Assembly: GCA_030599585.1 (NCBI GenBank)
Contig: JAUVNS010000004.1
Location: 224,001-288,000, forward strand
Source: Promethearchaeota archaeon
Lineage (GTDB): Archaea > Asgardarchaeota > Lokiarchaeia > Sigyniarchaeales > SOKP01
Direction of reading: 5' to 3'
Length of the DNA stretch: 64,000 bases
Numbering within the stretch: position 1 is the stretch's first letter; each line of letters starts with the position of its first letter. The translations under genes and the position numbers were made by a program. Below are positions 58,015-64,000 of the stretch, piece by piece. Under the pieces are notes generated by a model. It had not been told where the DNA came from and made no database searches. It worked only from the letters and a program-made list of their open reading frames with translations.

Positions 58015-58136
58015 ATGAAATACCTTTTTTTAGAAATTATTTGCTTAATCTATCTCTAAATATATAATAGATAAGAAATTTTATATTTCTTATAGGTTTA
58101 AAATGTATTATTTATAGTAAAAGCCAATTATTTAAA

Positions 58137-58571
58137 ATGTCGAGAATAGAACTCGCTCTTTCAAGTTTTAAAGAAGATTTCAATTGTGCTCAATCTATCT
58201 TCGGTACTTATGCAACTCATTATGGATTAGATCGAGAAGAAGCTTTGAAAATATCTACTGGTTTTGGAGGAGGAATGGCACGTAATGGTAGAACTTGCGG
58301 TGCTGTGACTGGAGCTTTTATGGTCATTGGATTGAAAAATGGTATGGGAGTAAGCAAGGATAAAGAAGCGAAGGAAAAGACCTATCAAATTATACACGAA
58401 TTTTCTAACAAATTTCAAGAAAACAATGGTTCATTGATTTGTAAGGAATTACTCGGTTGCGATATAAACACTCCTGAAGGAATGGATTATTTCAATCAAA
58501 ATGAATTATCTGAAAAAAAATGTCTTCAATGCGTGAAGAACGCAGCGGAGATTTTGGAAGAAATGCTATAA
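58137..58571 (+). CDS. C_GCAxxG_C_C family putative redox protein
   Basis: FNCAQS, GFGGGM..G.TCGAVTG, SLICKELLG, C..CV. Confidence 0.88.
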   Translation: MSRIELALSSFKEDFNCAQSIFGTYATHYGLDREEALKISTGFGGGMARNGRTCGAVTGAFMVIGLKNGMGVSKDKEAKEKTYQIIHEFSNKFQENNGSLICKELLGCDINTPEGMDYFNQNELSEKKCLQCVKNAAEILEEML

Positions 58572-58615
58572 TATATGTTAATTTAATTAAAATTAATTAA
58601 TTCTCTTTCTTATTT

Positions 58616-59536
58616 ATGGATGAACACAAAGACGAGTATACCAGGAAAGAATTAGAGGGTTTGCTAAATGAAAAATTAGTAAATTTGAAGGAACTGGAGC
58701 AAATTGGTAAGGATTCCAATTATATCCACGAATTGGGTGATATTGCCTTAATTCAACTACAATTAGGGCTATTTAGAGAATCAGAAAGGAATTACTTGCT
58801 AAGTTTAAAACATTTTCAAAAGCAAAAAGATAAACTAGGGCAAGCAGCCGTTTATGGCGTACTAGGCACGCTTTATTATAAAATGGGTTACTACCAGCAA
58901 TCAATTAAATTCTATGAGGATGCTTTCGATATATATTATGAATTGAAACAGATTCAAGAACAGATCACTTGTTTAAAAGGAATTGGTGATAGTTTCATAA
59001 AATTAAACCAATCTGATGATGCTTGCGATATTTTGCTTGAATGTAGTGCTATATGTTCCGATAATAACGATGTTTCCAATTTATTAGACTGTTTAGGTAA
59101 TTTAATTCAAATTTATGAAAAAAAAGAAGATTGGGATATTGTTTTTGAACTTTATAAAAAATCCCTCGAGGCCTTTAAAGAGTTAGAAGATATCAAGGGT
59201 ATTATCGTTTCTTATTTTAATTTAGGTATTCTAAAAAAAAGAGAAAACGATTTATATCATTCGATTATCTATTTTAAAAAAGGAACAAATAACGCAATTG
59301 ATTCTAACTATACAGAATTAATTCTAAAAGGGCTAAGTTATGTAGGGGAGATTTTGGTTTATCAAGGTGAAATGAATGAGGCAAAAGAAACATATATTAA
59401 AGCCTTGAGCATTGCTGAAAATATAAAAGAAAAAAATTCAATTCTTCAAATAAGAATCCTTCTAAATTCTTTAGGTTTAGATGAGGAAGAAATAAATAAA
59501 GAGTTAACAATATATATGCACCGTAGAAAAAACTAA
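58616..59536 (+). CDS. tetratricopeptide repeat protein
   Basis: Repeated LG..Y...G....A...Y..AL units. Confidence 0.85.
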   Translation: MDEHKDEYTRKELEGLLNEKLVNLKELEQIGKDSNYIHELGDIALIQLQLGLFRESERNYLLSLKHFQKQKDKLGQAAVYGVLGTLYYKMGYYQQSIKFYEDAFDIYYELKQIQEQITCLKGIGDSFIKLNQSDDACDILLECSAICSDNNDVSNLLDCLGNLIQIYEKKEDWDIVFELYKKSLEAFKELEDIKGIIVSYFNLGILKKRENDLYHSIIYFKKGTNNAIDSNYTELILKGLSYVGEILVYQGEMNEAKETYIKALSIAENIKEKNSILQIRILLNSLGLDEEEINKELTIYMHRRKN

Positions 59537-59648
59537 CACTCATGAAAAAATAGGACAACATTGAAGTTTTAAATGAGTTTTTAAAAAGTTATAAATGAAA
59601 GAATTTTCATTTTTAAATTAATAAGCATAAATAAAACATCGCTCCCTA

Positions 59649-61094
59649 ATGAATAAATGTCCCTTTTGTCGAAGCCCAGTCGAAATTAGTTGGAGTTATT
59701 GTCGAAATTGTAATAAACCGTTAATTACAAATGTCGATATTCTATCTAATAATCGGGTAAGACCAATACCTGACGGAACATCAATTTACGCAAACGACTT
59801 TGTAGAAGGAGAGGAATCTTTTGATGTCAACATGATCGATGACGAAACTATTGAATACGAGTTATCTCAACTCGAAATTCAACTCACTGATAGCGAGAGA
59901 ATAGGACATAACATGGGTAATTTACTTCTCAAGAAAGCAAGTCTTTTTTACAAAAAGAGAGATTTCTCAAACGCATTGAAAAATTTAGAGCTTGCTTTGG
60001 AAAACTTCAAAGAAGAGGAAAACCTAATGAATCTTATCATAACTCATAACGAAATTGGTCTCATTCATGAAGAAACCGGATTTTTTGACCAAGCAATTTA
60101 TCATTTTGATAGAGCTCTAAGTTTTATAGAAGAAATTGACGATAATATAAAGAAAATCCAAGTGTTGAATAACTTAGGCAATGTTTATCACTTAATTAAT
60201 GACTTAGAGAACGCTAATAAATATTATCAAAGAGCTTTAACTTTAGCTGATGATGAAAATTTAGAATTAGAAGCGGTAAAAACGGCGAGTAACATGGTGG
60301 AGATATTACTATCCTTAGAAGACTACGACCGAGTAAAGAGAATATTAAAACGTAATCTCGACTTTTTTATTCAGACCGATGATATATATGGAGTGATCCA
60401 AACACGTACTAAGTATGGAAAGATGTTTTACCATCTTGGAGAAGAATACTACGATCAATCTTTTAACTACTTAACAGGTACAGTAGAGCTTATCAATGGG
60501 ATTAAGAATAATATATCAATTTTTATAAGAAAAAAATTAGAATGGGAGTGTTTTCTTTATTTGGGGTACTTAAATACAGTATGGGATAATGATTTAGAGG
60601 CGGAGGATTACTTATTGAAAAGTTTAGAAGCTGTAAGAACATTTGAAATTCAAGAAAATATCAAGGAAGGAATTGTTTTAGAGTCTATAGCTAAGTTTTA
60701 CTCACTTAAAGGCGAAGATAGAAAAGCAATAGATTATTTTAGTTATTCTAAAGACATTTACCAGAAATTTGGAGATAAGTTAAAAATCGCTGAAATGAAG
60801 TATCATGTCGCAAAAATTTTTCAAGAATATATTCAAAACAATGAAAAAGCTATTCAGTACTATGAAGAAGCTTTAGAAATTTATGAAAATTTAAATAAAT
60901 CCAAGATTGGAGCAGATATTCATAACAAGTTAGGAGATATTTATGTTTCTAAACAGTTGTACGATCTTGCGCGTAGTAATTTTGAAATAGCAAAAAAACT
61001 TTACACTGAGTTGGAAGATGAATACAATCAGGCTATAATAGATGGAAAAATTGACTCATTGAAAGAAACAGAAAATCATAACGCTACTTTTTAA
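59649..61094 (+). CDS. TPR protein with N-terminal zinc ribbon
   Basis: CPFC...CRNC followed by multiple TPRs (NNLGNVY, NKLGDIY). Confidence 0.85.
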   Translation: MNKCPFCRSPVEISWSYCRNCNKPLITNVDILSNNRVRPIPDGTSIYANDFVEGEESFDVNMIDDETIEYELSQLEIQLTDSERIGHNMGNLLLKKASLFYKKRDFSNALKNLELALENFKEEENLMNLIITHNEIGLIHEETGFFDQAIYHFDRALSFIEEIDDNIKKIQVLNNLGNVYHLINDLENANKYYQRALTLADDENLELEAVKTASNMVEILLSLEDYDRVKRILKRNLDFFIQTDDIYGVIQTRTKYGKMFYHLGEEYYDQSFNYLTGTVELINGIKNNISIFIRKKLEWECFLYLGYLNTVWDNDLEAEDYLLKSLEAVRTFEIQENIKEGIVLESIAKFYSLKGEDRKAIDYFSYSKDIYQKFGDKLKIAEMKYHVAKIFQEYIQNNEKAIQYYEEALEIYENLNKSKIGADIHNKLGDIYVSKQLYDLARSNFEIAKKLYTELEDEYNQAIIDGKIDSLKETENHNATF

Positions 61095-62235
61095 GATGCT
61101 CATCTATTTTATTGAGCATCCAATCAAAGGAAGGTATAGAATTTATGTATTTTTGCCATAAATACAATAAAAACCCTAACAAAATAATGTAAGCTATTAA
61201 GAATGGAATAAACATTAGTAAAGGTAATTTTTGGTAAAAAAGAGGTAAGAATATAAATTGGAGAAAGAATAAAGTTATCGAATTCTTCCCAAAAAGAGAT
61301 ACTATATTTATTTTTAAATTATTTTTGTGTAAGATATCCTTTCTGTAATACTTTCTACCAATAACAAGCAATGCTACTCCCATTGATACAAAAATGTAAG
61401 ACGGGGTTCCTGTATATAGAATTGTTGGTATTCCCGAGATAAATGTAGTAGGGTACGCTTCTAAAAGGGGAATAGCGTCAATAAATGGATACGTTAAAGG
61501 ATCATAATTCTCTCCCGTTATGATAAATCCAACATCAATGAATGGAAGCAAAAGTCCACAAACTAGTAAAAATGAGCCATATTTAAATATTGAGTTAGTA
61601 GAATGTAGATTAGCGTTACTTGAGTTTAACGTAATAGATTCGTATATGAATTCTCCAAATACAGTAGAGAAAACAGAAATCGAGGCATACGGTAATAAAG
61701 AGAAACTCGGATTAGGTGAAACTACGATGAAATATATAATGTTAAGTGTAGGATTCAGATCTTTTCCTATGAAGAGAAATTCTCTAATGCCTGGTGTAAA
61801 AATTATGATGCTTAAGCCAATAGCAAATCTAGCCCATCTGACTAATTTGAAGATATAATAACTAATAAATTGTGAGAACCCTAAAAAGACAAGAATGTTC
61901 CACCCCCAAAGATTCTGAGGAAAATGGGAAATTGAATTTGTAATTAAATTGAATAAAATTCCTAATGAAATTAGGAAAAATCCTTGAGTCAATACTATAT
62001 TTCTATTGTTTCTTTCAGGAATCCTTCCCATTTTCTTATTAAGTGTAAAAGAAATGGAGAATGAAACTGTAAATATGTATAACATAGGACCAAATATGCT
62101 TAAGATGGTAAGTAAAAAGGTGATAATATAGATAGATTCAACATCAAACACTAACCAGTAATTAATTGCATTAGAGAATAGTATTATCAGAATAGAGAGT
62201 CCTTTAATTATTTCTATACTTTTCAATTTTACCAT
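61084..62235 (-). CDS. membrane protein, DUF1624 / HGSNAT acyltransferase-like
   Basis: SIEIIKGLSIL N-terminus, WNILVFLG, FSLLPY, FGKNSITLF; about 10 TM helices. Confidence 0.6.
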   Translation of the reverse strand: MVKLKSIEIIKGLSILIILFSNAINYWLVFDVESIYIITFLLTILSIFGPMLYIFTVSFSISFTLNKKMGRIPERNNRNIVLTQGFFLISLGILFNLITNSISHFPQNLWGWNILVFLGFSQFISYYIFKLVRWARFAIGLSIIIFTPGIREFLFIGKDLNPTLNIIYFIVVSPNPSFSLLPYASISVFSTVFGEFIYESITLNSSNANLHSTNSIFKYGSFLLVCGLLLPFIDVGFIITGENYDPLTYPFIDAIPLLEAYPTTFISGIPTILYTGTPSYIFVSMGVALLVIGRKYYRKDILHKNNLKINIVSLFGKNSITLFFLQFIFLPLFYQKLPLLMFIPFLIAYIILLGFLLYLWQKYINSIPSFDWMLNKIDEHLKK

Positions 62236-62297
62236 AACGGTCCCACCTATTCAAAATGTTTTAAAATGCTCGTATAATTCTAGAAGCATTTAGTTTT

Positions 62298-62924
62298 TTA
62301 TGATTCAGAGAAAAAATCTTCTCTCTTATAAGTTTTTTTATCATATTCTTTGAAACCAATAGATTTAATGAATTGATACGATACGGTATTTCCTTTATAT
62401 ACTTCACACCTGAGTTCTTTTATACCCTTTTTTTTAAAATAATTCCATGCTGCCATACCTATAACAGTTCCAAGGCCCTTTCTTTGAAAACGGGGTATAA
62501 TTCCCATGCCTGCTATTACACCAATCTCTTGATTTTTACCTTCACAATCGAGTATAGCGAACCCAGCATCCGAGCCATATACTTTTGCGATTAATATTAT
62601 CGTTTCGGGATATTCCCAAATAGCTTTCAAGGAACTTACCGAAATTGCCGAAAACGGTGTTTGCGAAGTTAACCAAGATCTATCATAGAGGTATTTCACA
62701 CTTTGGAGGTCTTCTTCATTTGCTTCTCTGATCTTTGCTCTAAGGATATTGCTTTTTACTTTTTTTGAAAGATTTTCCTCAAGTTCAGGAGTTATATCCG
62801 AAACTGGTAATTTCATTTGGATATATTCTAGCGATTCGACTTCTTCTTTTTGATCCTTCTTATCAACACTAAGGAAATAACTTCGTATTTTTTTTTTTTT
62901 TAAGTTTAATCTTGAACTCGACAT
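62298..62924 (-). CDS. GNAT-family acetyltransferase
   Basis: IREA...DL, GIIPRFQRKGLG, CEVY..N..S..FIK.IGF. Confidence 0.85.
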   Translation of the reverse strand: MSSSRLNLKKKKIRSYFLSVDKKDQKEEVESLEYIQMKLPVSDITPELEENLSKKVKSNILRAKIREANEEDLQSVKYLYDRSWLTSQTPFSAISVSSLKAIWEYPETIILIAKVYGSDAGFAILDCEGKNQEIGVIAGMGIIPRFQRKGLGTVIGMAAWNYFKKKGIKELRCEVYKGNTVSYQFIKSIGFKEYDKKTYKREDFFSES

Positions 62925-62942
62925 GAGTTATTCAACTACCTT

Positions 62943-62988
62943 TATTGTGAAAAAGTAAATAGTTAGATATTGTGATAAAGTAAATAGT
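62943..62988. repeat. intergenic 21-bp direct repeat, 2 copies, period 25
   Basis: TATTGTGAAAAAGTAAATAGT (62943-62963) and TATTGTGATAAAGTAAATAGT (62968-62988). Confidence 0.8.
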
Positions 62989-62995
62989 AAGTATT

Positions 62996-63664
62996 TTAAT
63001 CTAATTCAAAATCTTCTTTGCGGTAGACAATTTGGCCAAATTCTTCAAAATTTAATCCTTTAATGAAGTTAAAAGATTTTTGATTATCGTTGTATACTTC
63101 ACACCTTAATTCTTTCAAACCTTTCTCTTTAAAGTAGTTCCACGCGGCCATACCCAAAATAGTTCCTAAACCTTTTCCTTGAAACTGTGGTAAAACCCCT
63201 AAACCCGCAATTACTCCGTATTCTTTATTTTCTCCTTCAAAATCTAAAATAACAAAACCACTGTAGCTATCATATACTTTTGCAATAAGAAATACTGTAT
63301 TTTGATCGTTGAAAATTTTTTTAAGGGTTCCCCTTTGGATAGGTCTAAACGGTGTAGAACTTGTTAGCCACGATTTGTTATAGATGTCAGTAATGATTGA
63401 GAGATCTTTTAGTTCTGCTTCGCGAATGTTTGCACGATAAATTTTACTTTCAATCTTCCTCCTTAAAGTATTCTCAAACTCCTTAGTAATTTTTTCTATA
63501 GGTAATCTCATCTGGAGATAAACCATTCCATTAGTGAGAATCTGTTTTTCAAGGTCGGTTATTTTCTCCTTTCCGCTATCCTTTTCAATGTGTAAAAAAT
63601 AAGATCTTAAAGCTTTTTTTTTTAAATTTAATTTCTGCTTGATGTCTATTTTTTTTTTATGCAT
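62996..63664 (-). CDS. GNAT-family acetyltransferase (paralog of 62298-62924)
   Basis: Shares SWLTS.TPF, IAKVY and LGMAAWNYFK.KG.KELRCEVY with its neighbour. Confidence 0.85.
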   Translation of the reverse strand: MHKKKIDIKQKLNLKKKALRSYFLHIEKDSGKEKITDLEKQILTNGMVYLQMRLPIEKITKEFENTLRRKIESKIYRANIREAELKDLSIITDIYNKSWLTSSTPFRPIQRGTLKKIFNDQNTVFLIAKVYDSYSGFVILDFEGENKEYGVIAGLGVLPQFQGKGLGTILGMAAWNYFKEKGLKELRCEVYNDNQKSFNFIKGLNFEEFGQIVYRKEDFELD

Positions 63665-63681
63665 TTTATTTCGGAGGAATT

Positions 63682-63999
63682 TTATTGAGTGAATATTAAA
63701 CCTAATTTACTTCTTAACTCGTTTTCCATTTGTTCGCTCAATATCGTAGTTCTTCTTAAGATAGAAATTCCTTGTTGAATTTTTTTTGCGAGGCTTGGAT
63801 CGTTAAGTAAATTTCGGTTTTCGCTTGAAAACTCAAAATTTGATCTTAGAGCCATGTCTTCTTCAATTCGCTCATTAACAGCTTCTTTTAAATTAAGCAT
63901 AGCCCCTGAAATTTCTTGATACCTGTTATCTGGGTCATCAGTTATAAATCCAGGGTACACAGCAACCATCTTTTCTTCAAGTTTTTCTTCGTTTTCAAT
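63682..63999 (-). CDS. hypothetical protein, 5'-truncated at window edge
   Basis: Frame is open to the end of the window. Confidence 0.6.
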   Translation of the reverse strand: MENEEKLEEKMVAVYPGFITDDPDNRYQEISGAMLNLKEAVNERIEEDMALRSNFEFSSENRNLLNDPSLAKKIQQGISILRRTTILSEQMENELRSKLGLIFTQ

Positions 64000-64000
64000 G

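Noticed and set aside
721-62594. Numerous 60-125 aa ORFs nested in or antisense to long genes (e.g. 721-969, 12433-12780, 23435-23800, 32934-33311, 61520-61858)
   Set aside because: Fully overlapped by well-supported genes and lack motifs; shadow ORFs.
1-64000. CRISPR arrays, tRNA/rRNA genes, IS elements, selenoprotein TGA read-through
   Set aside because: No periodic repeat-spacer pattern, cloverleaf, transposase or TGA-interrupted homolog was seen; the TGA stops I checked are ordinary ends or ATGA/GTGA overlaps.

Overview
AT-rich, gene-dense archaeal window. It has TATA-like TTTATATA boxes, GGTGA/GGAGG ribosome-binding sites, ACDS subunits cdhB/cdhC and ABCE1. Gene content and style suggest an Asgard archaeon of the Lokiarchaeia type; this is an inference, since no rRNA marker is present. 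Main blocks: (1) a split Wood-Ljungdahl fragment, cdhB-cdhC with a divergent cooT-like gene; (2) an orphan N6-adenine methyltransferase fused to a target-recognition domain; (3) a large lipid/CoA-ester catabolic set, with four thiolase-fold proteins that all lack the nucleophilic Cys (including an ltp4-ltp3-like pair), four DUF35 proteins, two SCP2 proteins, three crotonases, two acyl-CoA dehydrogenases with Etf, and a BKACE; (4) a bacterial-type amino-acid biosynthesis block, cimA ... argH and argJ-argB-argD-argC-argG, plus a polar amino-acid ABC transporter. The most striking signal is that both biosynthetic units are preceded by the same architecture: TATA box, short upstream ORF rich in codons for the cognate amino acid, then a stem-loop enclosing a pyrimidine-rich tract. 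The leader before cimA is Ile/Leu-rich. The leader before argJ ends in Arg codons (AGA/CGG/CGG) and is absent from the supplied ORF track. This looks like leader-peptide, attenuation-type control in an Asgard archaeon. No rRNA, tRNA, CRISPR array or transposase was recognised.
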